A DNA stretch of 63,466 bases, filler included, from Intoshia linei (GCA_001642005.1; 7 parts of 7 records of this genome joined end to end with filler, not necessarily neighbours in it), one strand, 5' to 3'; counted from the first letter of the whole stretch, positions 12,617 through 24,897 are shown. Numbers and translations: made by a program. The notes: generated from the letters alone by a model not told the origin.

Positions 12617-13637
12617 TTAAAACTTTTCAACATTTGTTCTATATTTAGAGTGCTTTCTGGCATTATTTTTTAAAGCTCGAGATTTCTGGGTTAATTTGAT
12701 AAAGTCGTTATCACCGTTTATAAATTTTTTGAATTCTGAGTGAAATTTGTTAGTTTCACTTTCATCCATGTTGTTGTAATCGTTATGAACATGTTCTCTT
12801 CCGGATTTATCACGTATTTTTTTAATAATGTGACTTTTATCGTTCAAATATCGACCAAATTCAACACTATTTTCTCCATTATTGTCATATTTCATTTTCC
12901 TGGTCTCCTTCAAACCGCCAGGTAGTCCTTTTGTAATGTATGACTTTTTTATAATATGGGGCTTTCCATCCTGTAAAAGAAATATTAATTCTCCCCTATT
13001 ATTGTTTAAAATTATCCCAAAAATGATGATTGTCAAACACTTAACCGACATCGTTAAATTGCAGGGGCCAAAAACCAAGTTTAAAGAAAAAATTTCAATT
13101 TAGCTATAATAGTTATTATAACCTTGGAGAAAATTTTTGCAGTCTCATATTTTACATATAGGGCTGGTGAATTTTTTATATTTTATACGAATAATATCGT
13201 GCGGGCAGCTATAAATTTTTTGATTTTTTTGTAAAAAAGTTATCAAATGAATCCACAGTTCACATTTGTTCAATTTGAGTTCATTACAAATTTCACTTAA
13301 AAAACCTAAATTACATCAAACATGGATTGTTGATTAATTCATCTCTAGATTAAGACTTTAAATATCAAACGTAAAATTTTTACTAAACATACCTTGTTAC
13401 TTTGATAGGTAGAAGAAACAGAACTATAATAATTTGAAGTGTTACAATCCAATTTATTATTAAATAAATCTTTAAATTCATTATCAAAATTTTTAAAATT
13501 CATCATTGATTTCATTTGATGAATTTTTTTTTCAAAATGATCGAAATTGTCAAAATTCATTAATCTGTTAATATTATCATCTTCCGAGTCATCAACACCG
13601 TTATCCATATTGAATTTATTAAAATAATCAAAAAACT
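12617..13637 (-). CDS. MLF: Myeloid leukemia factor (MLF) family protein; 5' end uncertain, possibly extending to the ATG at 13967
   Basis: Exons about 13637-13393 and 12970-12617 give YYSSVSSTYQSNKDGKPHII...PGGLKETRK...EFGRYLNDKSHIIKK...YNNMDESETNKFHSEF, matching the MLF domain (APGGIKETRK, GHHIHDRAHVIKK, FINMNESDAHAFDEEW). Confidence 0.8.
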
Positions 13638-14998
13638 AAAAAAATGTAAATTTAGAATTACAAAAATACAGTGGTTAAGAATAGGATGTATAATGTTCGA
13701 GGAAAATTATACTGAGACCTCGAAGGAACTTTAAATATGGACGACATATTACTGAATTTAGCGTTTCCATATTTATTCCAAAGTTTAGAGCTATTAGTCC
13801 TTACATTCGACGTATCAAATGTTTCATACGGAAATTTTCACATTACAAAGTAACTTATTACCATTCATTATTTAAGTTGCACTTGATGAAATGTATTATA
13901 TAGTAAGTTAACAATGAATAAAAGTTCGAAACCACTGCAAAATAAAAATAAGCAATACCGATTTCATTTTGTTTGTCTGTAAATAATTGAAATTTTATTT
14001 TGGTTGTTGTAGTTATGCTAAGCAAATTTCGTTTGATCTAGTTCTGGTTTTGTGACAAAACAACATTAGTAGAATGAATTTATATATCATAATTATTATG
14101 ATTGGTAATGAGAAAATCAGTTTAAATTGAACATATGAGTTGTTTACATTGATGATGTTATTGTATTGATGAAATCGAAATTTGAGAACAAAGCCGAAAC
14201 TACCGAAAATGAAAATTAGATAACTAAAATTTTTATCAAATAATTCGTACTGTTATATAAGTCCCAAATTGGGACTTCAAACAATCCACTTCTTCAAGTT
14301 TCTTGACTTGAATTTTAAATTTAACACACAATAGTTATGTGAGGAATTTAATTTTTCAATGCTCAATTTGGAAAAATTGTCCATTTCATTACAATATTGT
14401 CGAGCCCCAAGTCTTCTCCCAATGAGGCATTGGAAGAGGAGGTTAGCTCTTTTTTGGGATTATGAAAAATATTAAATGAATAAAAAAGTTGTCCTTTGTG
14501 GTCCAAATGATTATATATAAAACGAACGCGTTCGGGTAACTACTTTTTGTACGCAGTACAAAACAGACAGCTAATACATTGTATCAAAAATTATACACGA
14601 AATTGTTAAATTTTTGCGAATATTTTGATTGTTTCCAGGAGGCATAAAAACTAACTTATATTTTTAAATTGATGAATACAATTAAAAGAAATTTTCGAGA
14701 TCACTATTACTTGAAATCAATAACCCATGTAGCGATTTTGTCCAGATTATGTATTTTCATAATACAGGTAATATCTTGGAAATTTGACAGAATCTTTATT
14801 TTTAAATATTTCAATTTTTATTAACACAGTAATAACTAGGGCAAGTAAAATGCTAATTTTGATATGTTAATCAACATAAAATTACAATCATTATAATACC
14901 AATATTATGCTTATTAATTGGCTAAATTTTATAAGTTCTATAAATGCTATAAAATCTGTTTTTTTTCATAAAAGTCTATAATGTCATTTTATATAGAA

Positions 14999-16294
14999 CT
15001 AGGTTAACTGTTATGTACTACGTACAAACAGCACCTAGTTCTGCCGAGGGCATATTTTTATTCTATGAAAAAAATAAATTCATGTTGAAAATCTAACTTA
15101 AAAATCCTACTATTCACTATTATCCATAAACAAGTGGTTCCCAAACTTGTTTCAGGTGGAACCATCATATGACATTACTATTGAAAATCTAACTTAAAAA
15201 TCCTACTATTCACTATTATCAATTCTTTAAAGGATTAAACTTTTTCAGTTGGAACCGTCATGTCACATTACTTTTAACTTTAAACTAAATTATTCCATCA
15301 TAATTTTTTGTTTGTTAACATTTGCGTAAAAAATTTTAAAAACAATTGTTATCCCATTTTTTTAATTTATTAAACAGATTGTGTGTATAATATTAAAAAT
15401 AAAGTAAAAACAGTCCCATCCTAAAAATTATCATAAATTCCAGAAAAAATAAAATTATCAAAACCTATTTTCGCCGGCAAAGCGTATATTTCTGAGGTTG
15501 AAATTTTGTATCTATATCAATTGGAATATGGTCTATCGGAATAATCTTTTTCTTTAGTTTTCGGACCGTTCATTATTTGACATTTTTTGTTTTAATAAAA
15601 TATTTCGGAAAAAATATATATGAATTTCAAAATTTCTAAAATGTTTTTTGACCGTGAAGGTGTCAATTATTCAGATTGAAATTTTACAGTGATGAATCAA
15701 TATTTACATAATTAATTTTAATCGAAATATTTGAAAAATTTTGGTTGATAAATTATCAATGATAATATATTGAAAATTATTTTTCACCGTGAATGCGTAG
15801 ATTTCTGGGGTTGAAATTGTGTATTTATATCAACTGGAATAATTTCTATCAAAATAATCTCTTTTTTTTAATTTTCGGTTAGTAATTATTTCACTACACA
15901 AACTACTAATACTAATACTTTTCACACAAGTTAATAATAGTTAATTATTTCACATTTTTTTTTAAAAAAATATTTCGGAAAAAAAATATAGGAAAACTAA
16001 AATGCATTTTTGCCATGAAGGCGTTACTTATTCAGATTTAAATTTTTTGTATGTCAACACGATAAAACTGTACCACCTGTAATTTTTTTAAATTCTAGGG
16101 CTGTTTTCATTTAAAAAAGGTAATTTGGCGTTTTGGCTCTGAAGATGTAAGTTTCCGAAGTAGAAATTTACCTTATTAACACCCAGAAAAATTTTTTATA
16201 GAAATGTGGACTTTATAAAATTCTAAGACTGGTAGTTATTGAAATAAACGATAACACACACACAGACAAACAAAGAATATTATATAAGTAAGGA
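14999..16294 (-). mobile_element. Non-autonomous Helitron, copy with both termini, inserted in another repeat
   Basis: CTAG at 14999-15002, hairpin ctgttatgtactacgtacaaacag, 5' TC at 16294-16293, A^T insertion. Confidence 0.9.
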
Positions 16295-16455
16295 TAAAGT
16301 TAAAAAGTTTTTCTACGTATTTAATCTGGTCACATTAATTAATCCATAGCTTCTTAAGAGTGAGTACTTCAGGGTGAACTTGTGAAATAGATAAAAATTT
16401 GAAAAATATTGGTTGATAATACAGTATAAGACCTTAATAAGGACTCCGTATTAAC

Positions 16456-16696
16456 TAAAGTGGCCAGAAAAATACGTACTATCACTTTTAGTTTATTTGA
16501 AATAAATTTTAAGCTAGGCTAACCATATTTTTGATTAGAAAAATGAACATTTAAGTTAAATTTCAATTTATAAGTTTAGTTACTACGACAAAGTACGACT
16601 AAAGTACGAACAGTGCCAAAAGTCGTACTTCTGGTTGCACTATTTAAGCTAGAGTGTCCAGATTTTATAAGTACTAAATAAGTACTTTTCGAAATG
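16456..16696 (+). mobile_element. TAAAGTGG host MITE carrying two tandem nested inserts, cut by the gap
   Basis: Host TIR from 16456; TTTAAGC 16508-16514; insert A 16515-16642; TTTAAGC 16643-16649; insert B from 16650. Confidence 0.8.
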
Positions 16697-16796
16697 NNNN
16701 NNNNNNNNNNNNNNNNNNNNNNNNNNNNNNNNNNNNNNNNTTAATTAATTAANNNNNNNNNNNNNNNNNNNNNNNNNNNNNNNNNNNNNNNNNNNN
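16697..16796. other. Assembly spacer
   Basis: 44 N + TTAATTAATTAA + 44 N. Confidence 0.98.
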
Positions 16797-17400
16797 AATT
16801 TTGGCCTTTGATGTGTGATTCATATCCAAATATCGCAAAAATGGCGATCCGATCTTTACTCTATTTCGCATCAACATTCCTATGTGAATCTGGATTTTCG
16901 GCGCTTTTAAATATTAAGAACAAACAACGAAACAAATTGGACGTTGAAGATGATCTTCGTTGTGCACTCTCCAGTACTCCCCATGCATTGAGGAACTGAT
17001 AAACAAGAAAATGCCATCTAATTCAAAGTGACGTATAAGTTTTATCTAGGTATGTATTTTATCAAGATATTAAAAATTGTCATAAATTATATATAAAATA
17101 ATAAATAATATATTTTATTTACTTGTCTACTGCTTAATAATTCCACACCTTTAATTCATTATTTTGAAATTTAAATCAATTTAATTTTATTGTTACAATG
17201 TCCATAATTGTGAGTAATAAATTATTTACTCAAATTCATATCACTATGTTATGAATGCATGCATTACGTAAATGCTTATCTAAATAAATCTCTACTAACG
17301 AAACTTGACTGTATATCAAATATTTAGTGGTGGTAGGGGGGAAAATAATATTTTCTAAAACTGAAGGGGTGCATATAAAGTAAATGGTTGAGAACCCCTG
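16797..17400 (+). mobile_element. hAT (Buster/ZBED5-like) transposon 3' end with a dimerisation-domain fragment
   Basis: FW...SYPNIAKMAIRSLLYFASTFLCESGFSALLNIKNKQRNKLDVEDDLRCALS; right TIR ggttgagaacccctg ends at 17400. Confidence 0.88.
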
Positions 17401-17772
17401 GATTAAACAATCAATTATGGCTTTCAAATCGGTTTATATTTAATAATTTTGATGATCAGACAATGTCCCTAATAATATTTTTAGTGAATTATTAAAAGAA
17501 AGTAAATTTATCATCCTGTACAGTGTACTTTTCTTGCCAATTCTAAAAATTTTATAAAACAATTTGAACAGGTTGAACCAAAATGATTTTAAATTTTACG
17601 GATTAAGGGAAACACTAGCTACAAACCCATTAAATTCTTTTTCAAAATCATCCAAATATTCAATTTTTAGATACGTTTAATAAATAATAGTTTATATGGG
17701 TAATTTATTATGGTAAAATTGCATTTGAGTCAGAGTTGTCAGTGATTATAGTATTAATATATTATATTGTAG

Positions 17773-18706
17773 AATCGTATGCAAGAAAGCTTGAAATTAT
17801 TTGATTCCATTTGTAACAATAAATGGTTCACTGAAACATCAATTATACTTTTTATGAATAAAAAGGATTTATTTGAAAAGAAGATTGAAACATCACCAAT
17901 TACTATATGCTTTCCAGAATATACAGGTCATTATTTTTAACTATTGTAACGTAATCAGGGATTGGAAATAATTGATTGCAATCATTTATTTTGTATAAAC
18001 CAATTAATTGTTTGCTAAATATTAATTTTTCATTTAATTGAAAAATGAAAAGATAATTTTTAATTAATTGGCTTTTTCATATAATTGAAAAAATATAAAT
18101 TGAATCTTTTTATTGACGAACGGTTGGATGAAAAAATTAATTAAATTTTTTTATGTATTAATAGTTGAAAAATTAAATTTAATCATTATAGCTATAACAA
18201 TTAATTGTTTTTTTTCAATAATTTTTACCAATTAATTGCAATTAAATTGGTTGCAATCAATTAATTTCAATCCCTGAATGTAATCGTAAACAGTGCAAAT
18301 TCGTGCACTGCAAACAACAGTTCCGGTTAATTAACAAATAAAGTACCATATTGCTATTTATTTAGGGTGGTGTATGCAATGTCTTATCTTTTTTGAGAAA
18401 AATTATTCTCACGCACTCAATATAATATTTTAATGAAAATTATGTTTACGATTCAAATTTAATTATTCAGATTCTATATATTTTAAAATGTAGTTAATAT
18501 TTATGTATTTCTTAATAGGATCACAAGTATATGACGAATGCGCGCATTTCATTCAAACACAGTTTGAAAGAAGAAACAAAAGCTCAACAAAAGATATATA
18601 TTGTCACAAAACGTGTGCCACTGATACCAATAATATTCAATTTGTGTTTGACGCAGTAACGGATGTAATTATTGCCAACAATTTAAGAGGTTGTGGCCTC
18701 TATTAA
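17773..18706 (+). CDS. GNAO1: G protein alpha-o subunit, last two exons only
   Basis: Exon 17773-17926 [34 protein letters not shown]...; exon 18519-18706 ...[31 protein letters not shown]. The C-terminus is diagnostic of G-alpha-o. Confidence 0.93.
17956..18276. mobile_element. MITE in the G-alpha intron
   Basis: TIRs cagggattggaaataattgattgcaa / ttgcaatcaattaatttcaatccctg; 8-bp TSD aacgtaat / aatgtaat. Confidence 0.85.
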
Positions 18707-19699
18707 GCAATTAATGGAAGTTAATTATACATTTTGACCCAGTAGCTTGTATTTAATGACAATTCTGTAAAACCTTACATTAAATTTACCACTTTTGGTA
18801 AATATTTCTATATCAATCTTGTATGTATTTTTGTGGTTGTCAAAGCTTTATCGTTGTCAAATTTGTAATAAATGTTCATAATTTCTAATTGTATAAGTAG
18901 AGTAGTGCTCCCCAACGTGCTGAGAGTAACGCATGATTTAAAAAAGAGATTTACGAGTATATATTCGGATATAGGTATTAAATTGGTAAATAGGAAGAGG
19001 TCAAAATTGGATGTGAACAACCGAGGAATAATGCGATTAAGATTGAATAAACTAATAGAAATTGATTACCATTCATTGTGCAACAAACATCAATGCCAAG
19101 GCAGTCACTAACTAGTATAAATTTAAATAAATAAAACATTTTACTGTAAATAAAAGTAGATATTTTAAGGTTTTTTAAAATGGGCCATGGAATTTTAGGC
19201 AAAACTTTTTTTGGGCTTGGCCTGAAAAAGGTTGAGAAACGCTGATTTAACATGTATAATTATATTATATATGATACTCATTGGCGACTCATCATTGAGG
19301 GCTGTAGTCCACCACAATTTTGATACATATACAACAATTATAAGTATATAGACCAGTGGTTTTCAATTTTTTTGTTGTCGCGACCATATTATAAACATAA
19401 AAATTTTTCTAATTTAGTGTGGTAAAGAATTATTTACTCACTTATTAATATGCCCGTAACTTTTGACTCAATGAAGATATTTCAAAATAATGTATATCAT
19501 TCGAGAATAAAATACTACTTCCGTATTCTTAAACTAGTTTTTTTTTTTCATTCTTAATTGATCACCATTTAATTAATTATATTCCCAGAAATATTTTATG
19601 ATAAACAAATATTTACTCATTTTTAAAAAGTTTAAATTGGGACATCAAAACGTACTTTTATTTTAAATTTTGATTCAAATATGATTCTGTTCATCCGTC

Positions 19700-19984
19700 A
19701 TGGTCAAAAATGCAAGTGATTTCAAACGAGGTATGATAATTAGTTACCATAAAGAGGATTATTCAGGTAGGGAAATTGCTAAAAAAATAGGTGAAACGTG
19801 TGCTACTGAAACTTTAAAAAGATCTGGAAGACTTATAAAAGCTAATTCGACATTATTAAACTATATTGAAACTGAAGCTTTAAATAATAGTAGAATTTCT
19901 TCTCGAAAGATGTCGAAAAAAGTGGAAGAAAAGTTCAATATCAATGTTTCTTATAATTCAGTTAGAAAATTAGAAAATTACTAA
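19700..19984 (+). mobile_element. Tc1-like transposase N-terminal HTH fragment
   Basis: SDFKRGMIISYHKEDYSGREIAKKIG...KRSGR...NSRISSRKM resembles the paired-like DNA-binding domain. Confidence 0.7.
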
Positions 19985-20723
19985 AAACATATTCAGTTTT
20001 TATATTCACGAGCACTGCTCAGTACAATGTATTATTATAATAACTAAATTTATTTTTCATGTGAAATTTTAGTTGCATTTAAGCTACAATTATTGATATT
20101 GGCAGAGTATGCAATAAGGCCAGCCTCATATCATTTTTATCATTCAATCTGTTTATTGACTTTGTTTTTATATGAACAAGCGTATAAAATTTTGATTTAC
20201 ACAGATAAATTGAAAAGATAATAGCAATCTCAAAGCAATCGAAATACATTTGGATATAAATCAATCATATTCTACCAAAAAGTACTTTGGTTTTTCATAG
20301 ATAATATTCGTGCAGTGCAATCATTTATTAAATCTATTACTTCATCCTGTAATTTATCGGGAATAGTTTTATATATTGAGTGAAGAATAACATTTAAAAT
20401 TGTAATACAGAATGTAAAAATATTTCCGTAACATCATTACTGTCAATATATGTATAAACATTATGTATTAAAAAAAATGACGAAAATATGAAATAATTAT
20501 AACCGATTGCAAGTTCCAATTTGGCACCAGTGCGAATGTTACCTGAATAAATGTAGATAATAACTTTAAAAAATGAATCGATGTTATTGACTTGTAATTA
20601 TATTTTGAACAAACATGTAAGTTACATAATGTAACGTAAAATAATGAATGAAAATACGACAAAATATGGAAAATTTAATGACAGAACAATAAACAAAAAT
20701 AAAAAATATGCAACGTGAATATA

Positions 20724-22124
20724 TTAGAAATTTCTGAGAGTAGCAAACTGAATTTTTTGCTTGGGTTTCATTGTAGTACACGCCACATACTTGCTTGGCA
20801 AGCTGGGTAAAATGAGTTTTTTTCTAGGATTTTCATCTAGACACATAAACTGTAAATTATTATTATTCAACAAGGCAGACATCCTGTAATTTGTTGGTAA
20901 ATTTGAATTTGAAGAATATTCTTGTTTGTTATTCAAATTTGACATTCTGGAATTGAAAATATTACCTGACAAACGATTAATAGTTTTACCAATATAAATT
21001 TTTCGATTTTGCTTGAGTAATTGAGAAAAGTTTACAATTTGATACTTAGTTTTATTAGAAATGGGCAAACTGTCTCTTTGAGAATTATTCACGATATTAA
21101 AAATATCGTATGAACTCTGACTCATTTCAGTTTTGAATATAGTAGAGTTAAAATTTTGCATATCGGAAGAACGTTTCGGACTGAATTTACCCGATAAACT
21201 AAATTCCAGACAACCTCTACTAAAACACATACAAAACTGATTTGAAAAATCTTGTCGTTGACGACAATTGCTGCAAATATTCCGATCTTCCCAACCATCT
21301 GTAGATTCAACATATTTATCAACCCTCGGATTATCATTAAAGCTAATTTCTTCACTTTGATAAACAGATAAATTAGTCATGGACTGATCGTCGTGCAAAA
21401 TCATTTGCTCAAGGTCATTAGTCTGCAAAGAAGAACTTCGGATAGTATCTGCTGCATTACTAAGTTTACAAATGCGATTAGGTGTGTGGATTTCATCCCC
21501 ACACAGAGACCAATTTTCATTAGATTCAATGCTATTTCCAAAAACAATTTTGTCAAATTCATTTATTTCAAAATCAGCATTATTCGAAGTTTCATTAATG
21601 GAATCTCGAACTTTTTCCATTTTGCTAATTTTAAATTTCAGAAAACGCCTTTTGAATATATTTTTACTCTTCACATTCATCTTTGGTTTATTTTTAGGTG
21701 AAGGCATATAAACGCACGATTCTTCTTCTTTGAATTCAACATTTTCGTTGAATTGGACTCTCTTGGCAGCTAAAGTTTTAAAATTTTTACGACTGGGCTG
21801 TGACGGTCGATGAGTGATTGTACAAAGACTATTCCGTTTTTGATCATTTTTAGAAACTATAAATAAACTGTTTCGTCGACTTTGTATAGTATTATTTTTT
21901 AATAACCCTTTGTTTTCTATATCAATTTTAATGCATTTACGAGGTAAAATTACATTTTCCACTACAGTATCATCGTTCGTTTTATTGTCCGTAGAGTTCA
22001 ATATCTTGTTCATTTTTCGTAGATTGCTACTACGTTGTACCAAAATTTTATTTTCACGTTTTTCAAGTTTGCCACTCGGCTCATTGTCCCTTTTTGAAGA
22101 TTTCCTGAATGAATCATGGATTTC
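20724..22124 (-). CDS. Hypothetical Asn/Ser/Lys-rich protein, long terminal exon, start not resolved
   Basis: At least 439 open codons in AT-rich DNA; the frame stays open to a ttttag acceptor at about 22125. No family recognised. Confidence 0.7.
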   Translation of the reverse strand, partial: EIHDSFRKSSKRDNEPSGKLEKRENKILVQRSSNLRKMNKILNSTDNKTNDDTVVENVILPRKCIKIDIENKGLLKNNTIQSRRNSLFIVSKNDQKRNSLCTITHRPSQPSRKNFKTLAAKRVQFNENVEFKEEESCVYMPSPKNKPKMNVKSKNIFKRRFLKFKISKMEKVRDSINETSNNADFEINEFDKIVFGNSIESNENWSLCGDEIHTPNRICKLSNAADTIRSSSLQTNDLEQMILHDDQSMTNLSVYQSEEISFNDNPRVDKYVESTDGWEDRNICSNCRQRQDFSNQFCMCFSRGCLEFSLSGKFSPKRSSDMQNFNSTIFKTEMSQSSYDIFNIVNNSQRDSLPISNKTKYQIVNFSQLLKQNRKIYIGKTINRLSGNIFNSRMSNLNNKQEYSSNSNLPTNYRMSALLNNNNLQFMCLDENPRKKLILPSLPSKYVACTTMKPKQKIQFATLRNF

Positions 22125-22551
22125 TAAAATTTACTTATTATTTATTTTTATTCGTGTCATTACTTTTCAAAAATTTCATTTCAACAATTGTATATCAAAA
22201 TTATATCAAAGTAAATATTGGAGGCTTTTATACAAATATTAATGTACACACTTTAATTAAGAATTTTCTCTTCAATTTTGTTCTCAGTTTTCGAAAGTGT
22301 CATTGAGTTTTACTTGTTTGTTACATTTATTTCACAAAGTTCTTGTTTAAATATTAGCTTTTTATAAAAATTTAATTACATTGCAATTTTAAATCTAACT
22401 TTTTTTATTTTCTGGTAGTTACAATCTGATCAAACAAATTAAAATATATAATATGATTCAAGTATACGTCTTCAAAAACTATCAAAATTCTTGAAAAAAA
22501 ATACAATTTTTTCGTTTTTATTTTCAAATGTATTATTTATTTATTATTATG

Positions 22552-22850
22552 TAGAGAAATTTCTTTCATTTTGTGTTGACGTAGGTTGAACGGTCATAAG
22601 ATTTCCTTTAATTTTAACAATCTTGATGATAGCGTTCCACTTCGTAACAACTCATAATATTTTTCAAAATAATATTGGAAAAAGAGGATGATTCCCTCAA
22701 GGGTTAGTAATTTGTGGTTTGATGAAGTAGATTTTTTTCATAAGATTTCGTAAAATCGGATTTTTGAAAAGAATAAAGGTGTAAGTCAATTTTTCCATGA
22801 GGGCTTGAAATAGTATTTTTGATTAAATTGTATTAGTGGTGGGATTTTTG
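22552..22850 (-). mobile_element. Degraded hAT transposase C-terminal fragment
   Basis: Minus-strand translation LSSRLLKLKEILMTVQPTSTQNERNFST resembles the hATC PxTSxxxERxFS motif. Confidence 0.55.
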
Positions 22851-23779
22851 AAATGGTAAATATAATATAATCATATTTTCATAGTAATAACAAACATAAA
22901 TCAAATACAGGTATATCTCAATTTTTTTCTGGAAATCGTAAAAATCACGGAAATTATTAAATATCCCGGGAATTTTGTCCCGGCACAATCACTATTGAGA
23001 CACGGTACACGGTATTGAGATTATATCGTTATAGAAACGATTATACAATAAACGTTAATATATACAGTAAAATAACGAAAAAACGAGAATTCAACGAACC
23101 AAAACAATATAATAAAATAAAATTAATATAATTATTATCTTAAGAATACAAACTTCTTCTACTTCAAAGAAAGTTCACTTATTATAGTGATTATATCACT
23201 ATACAAACAACTAAGAATTGTTTTCATTTTTTATTTATTTGTAGAAATCGAATTATTTACAATTTTTCTGTGAAATTTAATCTTGATCACTTTTTGACTT
23301 TCTTCACTTTTTGTTCGCCATTTTCTATAAAAAATTGTTATGCTTTAAAAAGTTAACTATATTACAAATCGTATGTAAACTTTGAATTAGTTGTTGTAAA
23401 TGATGATAGAATGAATTATGAAGTAGGATTAATGATAAAGTAAAATATAGAATGAACTAATTTATAGTAAACTAGTGCTACCATATTTTTGTATAAAATT
23501 TAAGTTAAATTTTAACACATTTTGACTAATTTTTTTTTAATAATTTTTTAAATTTGTGGCGGTATTGAGAGGCCTCACTGTATATATGTAAGTATTTTAC
23601 ATAATGTTAATATTATGTACTTTTTTACATAAAAACAGTACGAAGCAAAAGTATTATTATGTTAAAACAAGTCAATTTTAATATTATATATTTTAAATTA
23701 AAGAGAATTGAGTGTATAATATACAGTGTATATTATACACTGTATATGGTAATTTTTATTTAAATTTCTATTATACAAT

Positions 23780-24897
23780 CTACCTTCCAAATCTTTGGTA
23801 TTCCCAGTCCTTGTTATCAAGTGGGCATCTACAATATACATTATAAATAAATACAATAAGGGTAATTTTTATTAATCCAAAATTACAAAAAATTGACTTA
23901 ATGAATGGTAAAATGGACAAAAATTGACTCTGCAATATTTTTCAAGAAAAAATACGATTAAAAAAGAATAATAAATTAATAATAAACTCTGAAGGAAGAG
24001 AATAACCTATATGCATGAAAAGTTTCTTTAGTGTGATCATTTAATTTCAGGAATTAAAAACTTTTCAGTCAGCAGTTGGGTTTCTAATCAATTTTGTATG
24101 GTTCGCAGTGTTTCGATGAGAACTTCTATGATGATATTTTACATTATACAAATTTCACCTAGTTCGTAAGTGTGTCGCACTAATCGATTATTCTGGAGGC
24201 TTGAGGTGCGCAGAATTAACTGAGTTGCAAGTAAACGATGTAGTAATGCGACCAATTGAGATAAAATTCTTTTTGATGAATGTACGTTAATAAATTTAAT
24301 AACTATTTTTATTATGTAAATGAGCAGTGCAAGGAATAAAATTTTTTCAGTTGGAATAAGAGTAAAACTAAAAGGACAGGAATGATGAAATAATCGTGTT
24401 TACATTTTCATATTTTTTTCAAATATCAAAAAGTATTTTTCACCTTCAGGATTATTGGTGATGGTCATCACTTTCCTGAAAAAATATTCAAATTGGTTGA
24501 GTTTGGACCACCCTGCCCTACATTATAAATAAATTTTTACTGACACAATACAAAATTAGTCAATTTCTATCGTGAGTCACGATTCGTGACACCAAAATGT
24601 ATTCTGTGCCCCCAACGGTCTTAATAAAAAGTTGGAAAATTACACTTGTCTAGTTTTGAGCCATCTCGATATACAGTGGTAATGAAATGCATGATTGCAG
24701 ACTCCCCATGTGACATTACATTCCTCCTGTTTTATGTCTTTACTATTTAAATTAGCTTGACATTCAATACATAAATCCATAATATTATTTCGGCAAATGG
24801 CACAATTGTCGACTACTATATCCCAAGACCATAAAGCTACAGAATTCCACTTTTTAATTTCAAATCGTTTTTTTGGTTTTTGAGTAGTTTCGCTCAT
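23780..24897 (-). CDS. RBX1: RING-box protein 1, E3 ligase RING subunit
   Basis: Exon 24897-24644 ([27 protein letters not shown]...[21 protein letters not shown]) plus exon 23828-23780 ([16 protein letters not shown]). Confidence 0.97.
24060..24260 (+). mobile_element. Crypton-like tyrosine recombinase remnant in the RBX1 intron
   Basis: [30 protein letters not shown] fits tyrosine-recombinase box I (G-x-R-x-x-E-L-x-x-L-x-x-x-D). Confidence 0.6.
24412..24509. repeat. About 100-bp near-identical dispersed repeat; inverted copy at about 35666-35766
   Basis: aaatatcaaaaagtatttttcaccttcaggattattggtgatggtcatcactttcctgaaaaaatattcaaattggttgagtttggacc occurs as its reverse complement at the second site. 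Confidence 0.8.

Noticed and set aside
14400-14780. Missing upstream G-alpha exons or an ncRNA
   Set aside because: No G-box motifs found in the translations I tried, and no tRNA/snRNA signature recognised.
16508-16696. CRISPR-like or integron-like array
   Set aside because: The repeat is only a 7-bp TSD, the units carry their own TIRs, and no cas or integrase gene is nearby; this is eukaryotic TE stacking.
18808-19253. Three short ORFs downstream of G-alpha-o
   Set aside because: They fall in the probable 3' UTR and a hAT MITE end (ggttgagaaacgctg); no recognisable motifs.
21122-22306. ORFs overlapping the 439-aa ORF (also 12740-13103, 37888-38142, 38631-38813)
   Set aside because: Antisense or alternate-frame shadows of real coding exons.
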